Counted from the first letter of the stretch, positions 26,149 through 40,550 are shown. The stretch is 64,000 bases of DNA from Octopus sinensis (GCF_006345805.1 NW_021835953.1:62001-126000); one strand, 5' to 3'. Notes: a model not told the origin generated them from the sequence alone. Translations and numbers: made by a program.

Positions 26149-27744
26149 TATACATATATATATATATATACACACATACATATATATAGTTATTCATTTC
26201 TATTTCTTTAATTATCTGTGTATTTATTATGTTTGCAGGATCCACTATCGTCATATGTTGTGGTGTGTGCTATTGCTCCATTCTAGTTTTCTATTCAGGC
26301 TAGGTTTATTTTCTATTATATGTGTAGCTTCTGTAATTTGTCTAATTGTTGCATCTGTTCTATGTGTGGACAATATCTTAATCTCTATGTTATTGATTGA
26401 TCCCCGTGTTCTTGTTCGGCGTGTTGGTACAGAATCGATGAGCTTTTACCTTCCTTGAGTTGTCTCCAATGTTCATTCACCGGCTCTCCAATGCTTCTTG
26501 CTGTTTCCCCTACGTATGTTACTGTCTTGTTACTGCATCGTCCCTCTATACATCTTATACTATAGACCACATTTCTGGCTTTACAGTTTGTTTGTGGGCT
26601 AAATCTACATACAGTGCAATAGTTATCCGTACAGAGAGTTCTACTAAAAGGATAGGTTCTACCAATTATAGATCTGATAGGGTTGCCTGGCTTTTCAACA
26701 ACCTTAATTCTTAGTTTAAGTTTATCTAGGGTCTTTCTAAAGCAGTACGCCAGTTCACCTCCAGGGGTGGTGTCAACGAACATGACACTCTGGTATTTAT
26801 GGCTATCATACCAAGAGTTGGCCTTCCCTATTTTCTTTTTTGTCCTTTCTATAGTGTTCCATGACTTGTTCCTATAGAGTGGGCAAATCCCATTCCTATC
26901 ATTACATAATATATTATCAAATTTCTTCATGGCTCCTTTGTATACTCTGATCCTTTCTTTATGGCTGTAACCTGAGAACTGCATGCGGTGAATGAAATAC
27001 TGTATGTGTCTCTTTAATTCTGTAGGCTCGCACATGCGTGACACATTTCTCATTATTCTGACGAGGTCCGCCATCAAAATATTGAATTTGGCATTGCCCG
27101 CAATGGCTGAGTTCCGGTGGATCAGGTATTTTGAGGCCATAGGTTTTGCATAGTATGAATGAAGGATTTGGGTTTTATTTTTCACAATTTCTAGCCAGAG
27201 TTCAGTGTCTAGTACTGGTAGTCTATGGTTGGGGTGTTTAGTGGGGTAGTCTATTGTGACCTTAATACTCTGGTGGATGGAGTTAGCTATTTGCTGGATG
27301 CTCTCCATAGTATTAGTTTCTATTACTATATCAACATTACTCTCTTGTGGGGGTGCCTTTACTACTATATTGATATCATCAACATAGCGAGAGTACATGT
27401 TTACGAGTATGGATTTCTGCAGTAGGCATTCTTTAAGCCTTCTGTCCATGAAGAGGTTGGCCACATCACCAGCGATACTAACACCGATGGCTGCCCCCTC
27501 GTCCTGGGCATATATTTTATTAAGATATTGTCCACACATAGAACAGATGCAACAATTAGACAAATTACAGAAGCTACACATATAATAGAAAATAAACCTA
27601 GCCTGAATAGAAAACTAGAATGGAGCAATAGCACACACCACAACATATGACGATAGTGGATCCTGCAAACATAATAAATACACAGATAATTAAAGAAATA
27701 GAAATGAATAACTATATATATGTATGTGTGCATATATATATATA

Positions 27745-27837
<93 letters not shown>

Positions 27838-28301
27838 GATTAGATTTATTATTATTATTACTAATATTGTAGTTATACATACATACAAGCATATGTAATG
27901 ATAATAATGGGTGGATGTAAACACATGAACAAAATTAGAACAAAAGCAACAACAACAAAAACAAAATACAAATTACAAGAATGTATATAACCAGAAGATA
28001 CAAATATTACAGGCATTCCCCCCCACACACACTAAATAAACATAGACGCACATAGAGATATAAGCATGCGCAAATGAAGACATACAATAGAAATACAAAA
28101 TGGCTGACGGTTAGTAAGGAGAGACACAAGTAAGTGAGAAGAAAACAAAGGACCACTGATGCGGTCACAGGAGTGTGACGAAAGAACTTTGGCCGAAATA
28201 AGATTAAGATTAATGTAAATAATAAATATCACTGAAGCAAAATAACACCAAATATATAGTGCGTGTGTTTTTATTGGCTAAACTGGCAATATGACCATTC
28301 C
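25606..28301 (-). mobile_element. 5'-truncated Penelope-like element (possibly Naiad-type) with inverted pseudo-LTRs
   Basis: Inverted repeats 25606-26382 / 27519-28301 enclose an RT plus GIY-YIG ORF. Confidence 0.9.
26251..27518 (-). pseudogene. Penelope-like RT C-terminal half plus GIY-YIG endonuclease (frameshift near 26400)
   Basis: GAAIG, YSRYVDD, LPVLD, CTDNYCTVC, NVVYSIRC, YVGETARS; after the frameshift [22 protein letters not shown], stop at 26251-26253. Confidence 0.9.
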
Positions 28302-28366
28302 GAAATATAACAATATCTGTTTCAACACACGACTTCACATAAAAAATCTTGCACAACAAATATTTA

Positions 28367-28968
<602 letters not shown>

Positions 28969-28971
28969 CCC

Positions 28972-29023
<52 letters not shown>

Positions 29024-30039
29024 CATACACGCACATAGATACATACTTTCATGCGTACATATTCGAGAAGTTCTTTCAGTCTGCGATTACTAAATCCATT
29101 CCCAGGATTTTAGTCAACGGAAGGCTAGAGTGGAAGATACTTTTCCATGATCCCGTGCAGTAGGACTGAACCCACAACCTCCCAGTTGTAAATCCCTGGC
29201 CGTATTAAGAAGCCACACAACCATGCTTGCGTCAAATTTGTATAATTAATGTAAAATCTTAACAATTCTACATATTTAGTTAGGAAGTATAAGAAACGGG
29301 ATTATCATAGTTTAAGAAGGGATTCTAATCGCTATATGAAATCATTAGCAGTTGAAGGGAAATCACTCTTGCAGAATAGGAATGATTACTTCCCTTTGAA
29401 TTCCCGTTGAATTCATTTTGAAACACAATTTCGAATTGAAAACTGTTTAACTCAGTGGGCAATAAAGTAAATCAGCAGATGTCGCGTCTTCTGTGTGTTT
29501 TTACGATTGCAATTACAGTCGATGATTCACTTCCACTTCTCCGAATCACATTGAAAACCGTATGTCTCGTGGGCCGCAACGGACACCTGACAGTTATGGT
29601 GAGTGTGTCCGTACGTCATTGGAACCACTCAAACGGTGATCCAGCATCGGTCCGCTCACCGCTGCCATCCGATGATACGAAAAAAACAATCAGTCTCCCG
29701 GGCGCCTGTTCATTCGACGAGGTGTAAACCATCGTTAGTTTAGGATCAGCGATTCTGTTCGGAGAGACTTGCTTAAGAGAACAGCTACCACACTGCGGTG
29801 TGTTGCGTCTATTCTTGCGGAAGACATGATCCAGCATCGGAGGCGTGGTGTAGCTCGGTGTCAAGAACTTAGTATCATCCGACGACATCGGTGACGTGAA
29901 TCACTCGGGAAACGATCAAAACTGAACGGTGCCGGAAAAGATGGCTCTAAGCGCCAGAATATGCATCCTCTTGTGTCATGACGTCTAGATGTCTGTCTGT
30001 CTGTCTAAGTCTCTTTCGGAGTTTAAGCAAAGCTGGGGC

Positions 30040-30200
30040 ATCCTTGTAGTTTTCAACCTTTTTCACTCGCTACAAATCCTTTCACAACAGCCACAAATGA
30101 GTCCCATGCTCTTTTTCTACGTCAGTCATCGAGCACGAGAATGTCTGGCATTTCATTAACTTTCGGATTTGTGACCCATCAAAAAACACCATCCATTATT
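30040..30200 (-). mobile_element. DNA transposase fragment, probably CMC/Chapaev3-like
   Basis: GVF.GSQIRKLMK..F...MTDVEKRAWDSFVAVVKGF..K.ENY resembles the GIF.GPQIR.L...AW..F..VV..FLGN.KA.NY block. Confidence 0.55.
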
Positions 30201-30644
30201 TTATCATAACACAGGAAATGCTAAACATATGAATTTGAAACAGCTACTCTCCACATTAAGAGCTTCGATATATTACTTCATTAGTCCTAGTTTAATATGA
30301 AGGGTTGAGAAAATGATTTTCTCTCGCTCACAACCTGAATTTTTATTCAACCACCGCCACTTTGGAGAGGCCTGTCTTAAACCACAACAGGACAAAGTGA
30401 GATATATCCTTAGACACATCATGTATTATATAGAAATACTATCTCTATAGGATATATAGAGGGAAAAGACATCAATATATATATATATATACCAGGCATT
30501 CTACTCTCAGATAAACATGAAGGTAGATAACTATCAATATATCAGAAGATATTAAAGCTGTCTATATAACAATGGGGTTGTTTAAGGAGGGGATTAGATA
30601 TACAACAACAGAAACAACAATAAATGAACATTTCAAAGTTTGTC

Positions 30645-30650
30645 TTTATT
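30645..30650 (-). promoter_or_regulatory. Polyadenylation signal of gene B
   Basis: AATAAA on the minus strand ~240 nt after stop, GT-rich downstream; homologous to 6578-6583. Confidence 0.6.
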
Positions 30651-30891
30651 TTAATGTGATTTTTTAACAAAGGAGCCAAACCAGTGAATGGATCACTATG
30701 TCGTTGATATACCTGCTAGAATTAGTAGCTAAATTCACACGATACCACTGTACAGAAGGGCATATTGAACAATGTGGTTGTGGGTTCTCTTTGGAAATAG
30801 GCATGATGGTCCTGGCTGGAATGCGTTTGATCATAAGTCTCTGTTTGGTCAAGGTTAATCTGAGGCTAAACAACAACAGTAACACAGAAAT

Positions 30892-31091
30892 TTACTTTGC
30901 GTCTAATGACAGACATTCCATCGCAGTGAAACATTCAGCTTCTTCAAGAGCTGCACTTAATGTTGCGTGTGTCCGTGTTTCTGGGTCGCAATTTTTTAAC
31001 CATTCGTTAAGCATCAGGTAGCCTTGTTTTACAGTGACAATAGACTCGTCATCAATTTTCAGTTCAGTTGTATCAACTTCTAAAAAAATAG
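30892..31091 (-). CDS. Gene B last exon: death domain C-terminal part
   Basis: cttttgcag acceptor; (A)IFLEVDTTELKI...KQGYLMLNEW...THATLSAALEEAECFTAMECLSLDAK*; paralog of 6114-6319. Confidence 0.88.
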
Positions 31092-32960
31092 CTGCAAAAG
31101 ACACAACAATAAGAAATAAATGCAACAACATTGACAATAACATAAAACGCTGTGTACTGTAGGTTGTTATGAATATAACAAACAAACTTTATCAATAGAG
31201 AAATAAAAAAAGAAATAGCAAAGAAACATGAAAAATATAAGACATTGTTTTCTATTGACAAAAATAACAAAGAGTTTGAATTAAACGAGATTTTTAAAGA
31301 AAATTAATTAAAAATTATACTTGAGAAAATATATGGTAAACGAGGGTAGGAAAACTTTTGTGAAGGCAAAAGTATATCAGAACCTCAAGAATTAACATTG
31401 ACCTCTAACAGTGAAAGCATATGATCCATTCATTTCCTCTGCTCAATATTCTTGAAAGGGCTGTGGGGAAAGAGTCCTCAGACACCTTCTCCATAGGGTC
31501 CTATCAGAAGCATCCATCATTAGACATTCTGCTTGTATTCTATGATGTGAAGAACTAAGACTATGGATATCATCCAACCATTTCTTTCTTGGCCTCCCCC
31601 TCGGTATCCTGTTCCATTGGTTTGACTTTGAGAACCTGTCCTGTAATTCATTTCTGCAACACCCTGATCACATGTCCGAGGTACCACAGATGTGGAGGAG
31701 ACGTGGTTCAATCTGGAGAGACACCCAGATCTCTGAACTATAAATCCTTTTGAGTAACATTACTCCAAAGACCCTTTAGAAGAATCCCATATATCTGTCT
31801 TATTCTGGTAGATTTCAGACCTGGTATTCAAAGGGTCATGAAAGTACTGTCCCTCTGTGCCATCTACTACCTTGAAAAGTTCTCAAGAGGACACTGGAAA
31901 TTGAATGATCAGTGATTGTCCAACAGTCGATAATTCTAAGTCAAATTCAATCCCATTTCAAACTTCTCCAATGAACTCCAGGTTCGATCAATTCTAAAGA
32001 GCCTATTCAGTTATTATTATGTCAGTCTCAATGAGAGATGCCACCTCCAGTTCGGCTTGACTTGTGCATGTTCATTTTCTGGTAAATTCCCTTAAAGGAA
32101 TTCTCTGTTTTCGCCTGAGGAGAATGATAGGATTTCACTGTGTCACCTTTATTAAATCTCTTTTTATTGAAGCATTTACAGACATATGTCATGTGGTAAA
32201 GTCATTGCAAAATTGCAAGATAAATTGGAATTATCAGCTTCCAACACAATAACCCAATAAATAATGGCTGCAAGAAGAACCAAACTCAAAGTCTTCTGTT
32301 TGAAGAAAGATGCTTTGTTTTAGATGTTAACTTTGGTACTTGTCCTTCATTACAATAACCTAACAGTGAACCTAAAGAAAATGTAAAACAAATTCACTCA
32401 CCTGTTTACCCTTAAACAATATATTTTAGTTCCCTCTTCCAAAAGATAATATTAAATGCCATTTCTGTTTTCTAGTTTATCCATTATTACCAACCATGCT
32501 AACCTCAGTTGATATTCTTTGAAATGATCTGTTCCCCTTTCGTTTCTCTATCTCTAAAACATGGCGTCTTCATGCATTTTTAAAGTTTATCTTTTCTTTC
32601 AGCACCATCTTCGTTGTTTATTCCATTCTCCTTATGCCCCCTCGTATCATATATCATATCGTATTTTTTATTATTTATCTATTTTCATTCTCTCTCTGGC
32701 TTTCATTCATTTATCTAATTATTTTTCCCCTCAAATATAGTATTCAAACTAGCTGCCGATTTTCTCGACCGCCCTCCCACCCCCTCCACCAATACCGGAA
32801 GTTCTACCCCTGCCTTACTTAACTACCCCCTCCCCCACTAGCACCTATGTAGGGTTTATCTGATCATATAGCGCAAAAAATTGTGAAATGTATGCAGGTT
32901 GTAGTCTAGTGTTTCCATATGAGATCTGTCAAATGCAAGCTTTCTTTTCAGGTACATGAC

Positions 32961-35900
32961 ATGGCTGTCCCTCATCCCAGGGTCTCAGATGCCCACACCT
33001 CCTAAACCCTCAGAGTTGGCACACTCAATGTTGGCACACTCAATGTTGGCACATTGAAAGGTAGGTCTGGAGAGATTGTAGAGCTGCTTGAACGGAGACG
33101 TGTGGATGTATGCTGTATCCAGGAAGTAAGGTGGAGAGAAGGTTCCGCTAGGCTCCTCACAGGCAAGGAACACAGGTACAAGATTTTCTGGGCAGGGAAC
33201 ACTGACGGGGTCGGGGGCGTGGGTATACTTCTTGCGGAGAAATGGGTAGGTAAGGTAATCGAGGTAGTCAGAGTAAGTGACAGAGTAATTAAAATTAGAT
33301 TAGTCCTACACCATAGGACAGCTACCATCATCTCGGCATATGCCCCTCAACCAGGGCTACCGGAAGGGCAAAAAGACCAATTCTATGACACCCTATTGCG
33401 GACTACCTCGTTGACAAATGACAGTGACCTTCTTTTAGTGGCAGGTGATTTCAATGGACATGTTGGACGACATGTCGGGGGCTTCCATGGCGTCCATGGA
33501 GGCTACGGTTTTGGCTCTCGTAATGAGGAGGGAACCAGGCTGCTGGAGTTCTGCGATGCAAATGACCTTATGGTCTGCAATACCAACTTCAGGAAACCCA
33601 CCTCTCACCTAGTCACCTACCGTTCTGGCAGACACACCAGCCAGATTGACTACATCCTTGCCAGAAAAAGGGAAAGAGGGCTGATTATAAATGCCAAAAC
33701 CTTTCCAGGCGAAGAATGTACTCCTCAACATAGATTAGTAGTTAGCGACATCAGGATCAGAGTTAAATGGTTGCCCAGAAGAAGACCAGCTTGGAGGAGA
33801 AGGGTCTGGAAGCTTAATGATCCTGCAAATGGACAGATATTTAGAGACATACTACTCGAAGCCTTTGACGAAATAGAAGGGGATATAGCTTCACTTAACG
33901 TGGAAGATAACTGGCGATTCCTACGAGACAATCTGCTGACAGCTACTGAACAGATCTGTGGATGGAGCAAAGTACCATCTCGACCCAGAGTAACATGGTG
34001 GTGGAACACCGTGGTTGACAGGGCTATTAGACAAAAGAGACAGGCTTGGAAGGACTGGAAGAACGGTGGTAGCAGGGAATCGTATCAGACAGCCAAAAGG
34101 GAAGCTAGGAGACAGGTTTATTTAGCCAGAGGGGAAGCGGATAAGAAAAAATTTGCCAATGTTCTGAGCCGTGAGGATGAAAGACTTGAGGTATTTCGTG
34201 TTGCAAGACAGTGTGTGAGAGAGAATCGTGATGTGGTAGGAGAGAAGTGTGTTCGCATGGATGATGGTTCACTTGCGCTAAATGAGGATGCAAAGAGAGA
34301 GGTTTGGAGATGCCACTATGAAAGGTTGCTGAATAAAGAAAATGAATGGGATAAAGAGAGTCTGCCGAATGTTGACCCAACAGAGGGACCAGCTATCCGA
34401 GTTGATAGTTCCGTGGTAGCTAAGGCAATTAGAAGCATGAAGACAGGGAAAGCCCCAGGCCCATCAGGAATCACTGCAGAGATGCTCAAAATATCTGGTA
34501 GTGTCGGCTATAACCTAGTCACCCGTATAGTCAACCAGGTGATACACGAAGGAGTCATACCCAATGACTGGTGTAGCAGCATACTAGTCAACTGCTACAA
34601 AGGTAAAGGTGATGCCCTAGATACAAATAATTACAGAGGTATCAAGCTGTTGGATCAGGTAATGAAGGTTACGGAGAGGGTCATAGCCCAACTAATTAGA
34701 GAGAGAGTTAGTTTAGATGAGATGCAGTTTGGGTTCGTGCCAGGGAAAAGCACCACTGATGCTATATTCCTGGTAAGGCAGCTGCAGGAGAAATACCTAG
34801 CCAAAGATAAGCCCCTGTACCTGGCTTTCGTTGACATGGAGAAAGCTTTTGATAGGGTCCACCGATCCCTTATCTGGTGGTCAATGAGGAAACTAGGGAT
34901 AGATGAATGGCTGATGAGGGCTGTACAAGCCATGTACAGAGATGCCGTAAGTAAGGTTAGGGTTGGCAACATGTACACAGAAGAATTCAAAGTAGAGGTT
35001 GGGGTCCACCAGGGTTCAGTACTCAGCCCCCTCCTATTTATCATAGTCCTCCAGGCAATTGTGGAGGAATTCAAGACAGGTTACCCCTGGGAGCTCCTCT
35101 ATGCTGACGACCTCGCTCTAATTGCTGAGTCACTATCAGAACTGGAGGAGAAGTTCCAGGTGTGGAAGGAGGGTTTAGAATCGAGGGGCCTTAGAGTCGA
35201 CCTAGCTAAAACCAAAGTACTAATAAGTAGAAAGGTAGACAATCCACAAATATCCTCAGGAAGATGGCCCTGCTCGATCTGTAGAAAAGGTGTAGGTAGA
35301 AACTCTATAAGATGTACCCAGTGAAAGCTATGGACACACAAGAGGTGCAGCAATGTCAAAGGTAGGCTAACTGGGAAGATAGTTTTTGTATGTGGCAGAT
35401 GCTCGGGAGCATTGACCTCCGAAAATCTGCAGAAAACAACTTCCGTCACTTCCCAGGGGGAAAAATTAGAAGTAGTTGATAGCTTCCGTTATCTAGGTGA
35501 CCAAGTCAGTAGTAGGGGTGGGTGCGCTGAAAGTGTAACTGCTAGAATAAGAATAGCCTGGGCAAAGTTTAGGGAGCTCTTACCTCTGCTGGTGACTAAA
35601 GGCCTCTCGCTCAGAGTAAAAGGCAGACTGTATGATGCATGTGTACGAACAGCCATGCTACATGGCAGTGAAACATGGGCCGTGACTGCTGAGGACATGC
35701 GTAAGCTCGTGAGGAATGAACCCAGTATGCTCCGATGGATGTGTAATGTCAGTGTACTTACTCGACAGAGCGTTAGTACCTTGAGAGAAATTTTGTACCT
35801 AAGAAGCATCAGTTGTGGTGTGCAAGAGAGACGATTGCGTTGGTATGGTCATGTGGCGAGAATGGATGAAGATAGGTGTGTGAGAAAGTGCCAATCCCTA

Positions 35901-36053
35901 GTAGTTGAGGGAACCCGTGGAAGAGGTAGACCCAGGAAAACCTGGGACGAGGTGGTGAAGCACGACCTTCGAACGTTAGGTCTCACTATGGAAATGACTA
36001 GAGACCAAGACCTATGGAAGTATGCTGTGCGTGAGAAGACCCGGCAAGACTAG
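32961..36053 (+). pseudogene. RTE LINE APE-endonuclease/reverse transcriptase ORF, single frame with two in-frame stops
   Basis: GTLNV, IQE, GDFNGHVG, SQIDYIL, QHRLV, QFGF, DMEKAFD, GVHQG, LYADD, YLG, RGRPRKTW; stops TAA 33003-33005 and TGA 35322-35324. Confidence 0.93.
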
Positions 36054-36229
36054 TGAAGCCATAACCCGTGGCCCCTACCTGGGACGTAGTCAGTCCACCT
36101 GTGCATACCTTCCTTCTTGTGACACTTGTGAAGACCTGTTGAGGCAATTGAAAATCAAATCAAATCAAATCAAATCAAACCAAATCAAAATAGATGAACA
36201 TCAATGGAATTTGTATCCTTGTGGTACCA

Positions 36230-36500
36230 GTGCCGGTGGCACATAAGAAAACCATCGGAGCGTGACCGTAGCCAGTACCGCATCGACTGGCCTCCGTGCT
36301 GAGGGCACGTAACAAGCACCATCCGAGCGTGGCCGTTCGCCAGCCTCGTCTGGCACCTGTGTCGGTGGCACATAAAAACACCATCCGAGCGTGGCCGTCT
36401 GCCAGCCTCGTCTGGCACCTGTGTCGGTGGCACATAAAAACACCATCTGAGCGTGGCCGTCTGCCAGCCTCGCCTGGCTCCTGTGTCGGTGGCACATAAA
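36230..36500 (+). repeat. ~62-bp tandem repeats in the RTE 3' UTR
   Basis: ggtggcacataaaaacaccatc.gagcgtggccgt..gccagcctcg repeated about 4-5 times. Confidence 0.85.
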
Positions 36501-36800
36501 ATCACCCACTACACTCTCGGAGTGGTTGGCGTTAGGAAGGGCATCCAGCTGTAGAAACACTGCCATATCTGACTGGCCTGGTGCAGCCTTCGAGCTTGCC
36601 AGACCCCAGTTGAACCGTCCAACCCATGCTAGCATGGAAAGCAGACGTTAAACGATGATGATGATCAGGAATATCGTAAATAAAATTGTCATACAGATAA
36701 CCTATCAATTGGAAATGAGGAATGTAACTTGTTCTCATTCATTCTGACAAATAAAATAGATCAGGTGAAAGTAAAATATATAGAAATCAAATATACTCAC

Positions 36801-36872
36801 CCACTTGCCACCAATCACGTCCTAACCTCTTAGCCACTCTCAGAAGATCCCTCTCCTTCAGAACTGGACTCT
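36801..36872 (-). CDS. Gene B exon: death domain helices 1-2 (72 nt, phase 1-1)
   Basis: atttatttcag / gtgagt; (E)SPVLKERDLLRVAKRLGRDWWQV(A). Confidence 0.87.
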
Positions 36873-37259
36873 CTGAAATAAATATTTCCAAGTTTTATAA
36901 TTTATTGTAAAACTTATTTATCTCTATAAATATTCTGTAGTTTATTGTTGTGGGACATTGTTATCATCAGTGGTTGGCTGGTGACCACTAGGGTTTTGCT
37001 CAGTATTTTTATACTTTCCATTGTGGGACCATGTAATAGCTCAATATTTAGGCCCGCAACAAAATAGACTAACTTTCCGAAACCTTGTTTCTCTTTAACA
37101 GAGACATCCTACATAATCTAACAATGTTGCAATTATTTCATTTAATTATCATTTCATGAGACTGCTTCTTCTCATAGTTCTCTCTCTCCTTTCATATATC
37201 TGTACCAAATCTATGACACGTGACTGTCCTCTGAACTCTAGATTTCACTAACCACCATT

Positions 37260-38870
37260 CTCCTAATCTTCTGCTAAAGTCCAATATCATCCAAAGATTT
37301 CGTCACAAATGCATGACACACCACTTCAAGTAAAATAAACGTAATACCTGTTCTCTTTGCTGTTAGAAATCTTGAATTTTATCATCCCACATCCCAGTTC
37401 ACCTGGTCATTATCTGGTGCAGGGAATATTCTAAGACTCCTTAATAAAGGTGAGCAATGATCAGTTCTCCACAGATGAAATAAAAAGTGATATCAGGTGT
37501 CCTAAAACACTGTACACTTGTACAAAACCCCATTCACTACATACAACTGAACATCTACACATTATTGCAGGGAAGACATCTGAAATGGTACAAAAGGACT
37601 GATACTCAAAAATATATAAGAAAGACGGGAATACAAAGTGCGAGCGCCAAATCTTTTATTTTCCAGAATGTTTGGCATATTTATTTCTTTGTTCTGTGAC
37701 ATGATCTCAATGCCTTTACTCTTATTGCAAAATTAGGTAGTTTACCATCGTCGTAATAGTTTTTCAAGTTTCCCTTTAAACTTCATCAGGGTTTCTCCTG
37801 CTATTTTGACCTTCACTTGTTTCTGCTGACCTTTCACAAATGACGGGCTGCATTACTCATTTGCATTGAACCACATTCTTCACCAAGTTCCTCAGTCTAC
37901 CCAGTTAATCCAGAACTATTTGCATATCCTTTTTACTTGTTGTTACTATTGTTATGTAATCCCTTAATGTCTTCTCGAGTGTTTTCCTTTGAGCCATTTC
38001 TTATCAATCTGCTGATTTAAGTAACATCTCCATAACAATCACAAACCAAATGACTGATATTGTAGAAACTACAGCAATTCCCGTTTCAAAATGCCACCAG
38101 TCTGCCGAGAAAGTTTTCCTCATGAACTGTATATTGAAATTGTTATAGCAGCTCCTCATCAGATCTTTAATCTTTTCTCATATATAAAACAGGTCCACTG
38201 CTTCCATCAACAATTTATTTGCTAGAGAACCATAAACTAGATCAAATCACACAACATTCAATCCCTTTTATTCTTCTTTCCGTCTTGTATCAAATCCTAG
38301 ATTTAAGACACATGTTCCACCCAGCCAGGAATGCCAGAGGATTCCAGTCTTCGAGATACTTTTAGTCCCATATTCATTATTCTGTAGATTTACAGTTGAT
38401 CTCTTTGTGAATAAAACCTTGTAAATCTTGCCATTTATATTCAATGTTGAAATTAGTCGGAACTAATCAATCGGTATTTGATTGCTGGTTTCAATGGACA
38501 TTTCAAACTGTCTATGAATGGGAATCATTGCTTTTGCTTTGGATCTCCTGCATATATCCATCCAGTTCATCTTTATTGTATTTTAGCTTTCTGTTCTCAG
38601 TATCTGCAAACAGAATTTCCTTGTAGAAGTTAAAGAGGAGCGTTTAATTTTGTTGACATGATCATTTTTCTAGAGCTTTTGGACAAAATTGTGCCCAAGG
38701 CCCTTTTTAAAGAGGTTGATGTTAGGAAAGGCACATCACCATAGAAAAGCCGGAATGTGTTCCTCATCCAATCAAGGCGGACAGTATTTGTTAATAAGAA
38801 CTGACATGGATAGGAATCATCCATCCAATCGATAGGAGCATAGAAATCAGAAGATAAATGATGAGGGTCA
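37260..38870 (-). mobile_element. HERO/NeSL-like RLE retrotransposon relic, paralogous to 1-840
   Basis: ~37700-38350 is a reverse-complement homolog of 1-800. Confidence 0.7.
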
Positions 38871-38883
38871 TCAGTGTCTATCT

Positions 38884-38946
<63 letters not shown>

Positions 38947-39410
38947 GGTTGTCTCAACATCAAACCTAATACTTTTACATGGATAAAGACAATGTTTAGG
39001 GGATGTAATGATAAATTTATTATCAGTGAAAAAAAAAAAAGGCAGGGTGTTCACACAAGGAACACATTTCATTCTAAATCTGTCACATTATGAGAGATAT
39101 TTGCCTAAATAGCAACAACAGCAATAACTTATCAGTAAACTTAGTAACTACATATTTTAGTCCTCCGTTTCAAAATACAGTATTAATTCTATTGTCTTTT
39201 AAATTATCCATTTTCCGAACCATGCCAACCCCATTGGATATTTTGTGAAATTCCATTGATATCAAAATGTCTAATAGAATTATTATACAGCTAATATTTC
39301 AGATGTAAATTAGGAATGGATCTTGTCTTCAGTCATTCTGATAAACTACAAATGCTCAGGTGAAGGTTAAATTTATAGAAATCTATGAGGTACTGTTATT
39401 TGCTACTCAC

Positions 39411-39458
39411 CAACTGGCTGTGATGTTGTCAAGGCATCCTTCACAGAAGTTGGAGTCT
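39411..39458 (-). pseudogene. Gene B linker pseudo-exon (48 nt) with mutated acceptor (AG>AA)
   Basis: Intact gtgagt donor; flanks homologous to exon 36801-36872; would encode TPTSVKDALTTSQPV. Confidence 0.6.
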
Positions 39459-40364
39459 TTGAAATGAATATTTTCAAGTTTTACGTTTTATAGTATAATT
39501 TCATTATAGTTATTGATAATCAATACTTTATTATTTTGGGAAGGGCATACAGCTGTAAAAACTAGTTCGTAGGGATGTGGTTGTGTACCCATGTAAAAGT
39601 TATGTTTATTTTGAGGGTAACAAGGTGTAAAATATCAGATGAGGATACAAGATAATGCTATGGAACTTTCAGACAGACAAGTTTAAGAGAGTTAATGAAT
39701 GATAGCTGATTAGTTATCATGTTAATGCAGCGTATAAACACTAACTATCAATATAGATTGTATAAAATCTGTGTGAAGAACATGTGACATTTGTTACAAT
39801 TATTATGGTTGTGTCTCAGCACAGTTGATATTATGGTAGTTCCATGAGAAACCATAGAAAAATGTAACCATTTCCAGTACCGAATACTAATGATGAATTC
39901 TTTTCTTGGTCAAATAACAATGACCAGGTTCCATGATCTAATTTCAACATAACAATCAAGTCGGAAGTAAAACCAAAATGGGAAAGACTGAAAACAGTGA
40001 CTCTCTTACAATTGAAACCATCTCAAAGCCAACAATTGTCAGTATAACGATGTCTATATGGACAGTAAACGTTATTCAAACACCGTATCAAGCTATAATT
40101 ATATATATATAGTTAGAAAAGAGTTGTGAGTTCAAGTCACACTGGAATCTCATACGTTCATTCCTTTCTATGTATTGCATATGTTAACATCAATGTTTTG
40201 TTCAAATGTGAACATATGTTCTCTGTTCAATATGAATGTTATCAAAATCACTGAACCGGTTTTCACAATCGATATTATTATACTGAGCTAATATGTTATA
40301 CCAGATAGGAAACTACTGTAACAATCTAAGACAAAGAATTATGATGAGTTACTGGAAGACAGCA

Positions 40365-40550
40365 TCATCATCATCATCATCATCATGAACATTCAAAGTT
40401 TGTTTTCCATGCTGGAATGGGTTGGAAATCTTGACAGGATCTGACAAGCCAGACAACTGCACCAGGCCCCAGATGGTTTTTTTGGCATGGTTTTCTATGG
40501 TAGGATGCCCTTAATAATGCCAACCACCTCACAGAGTGAAAGTGGCCCCT
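40365..40550 (-). mobile_element. RTE 3' UTR fragment
   Basis: (CAT)n tail plus homology to ~36510-36660. Confidence 0.7.

Larger units (their letters stand above)
32530..36660 (+). mobile_element. Near-full-length RTE-clade LINE inserted antisense in gene B's last intron
   Basis: APE plus RT ORF, 3' UTR, (GAT)n tail; candidate TSD atgatc at 32524-32529 and 36661-36666; flanks rejoin into sequence homologous to paralogous introns. Confidence 0.92.

Noticed and set aside
27519-27581. Cys-rich N-terminus of the 398-aa ORF as a zinc-binding domain
   Set aside because: It is antisense read-through of the inverted pLTR, not part of the Penelope protein
35322-35324. In-frame TGA at a Cys position as possible selenocysteine
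   Set aside because: One substitution from TGT/TGC, the copy has another stop (TAA), and no SECIS was recognised; would need TGA fixed in the family consensus
33002-35809. Minus-strand ORFs overlapping the RTE (likewise plus-strand ORFs over 53052-55774)
   Set aside because: Antisense shadows of retroelement coding sequence
36230-36500. CRISPR-like regularly spaced repeats
   Set aside because: Head-to-tail tandem units without unique spacers, inside a LINE 3' UTR in eukaryotic DNA
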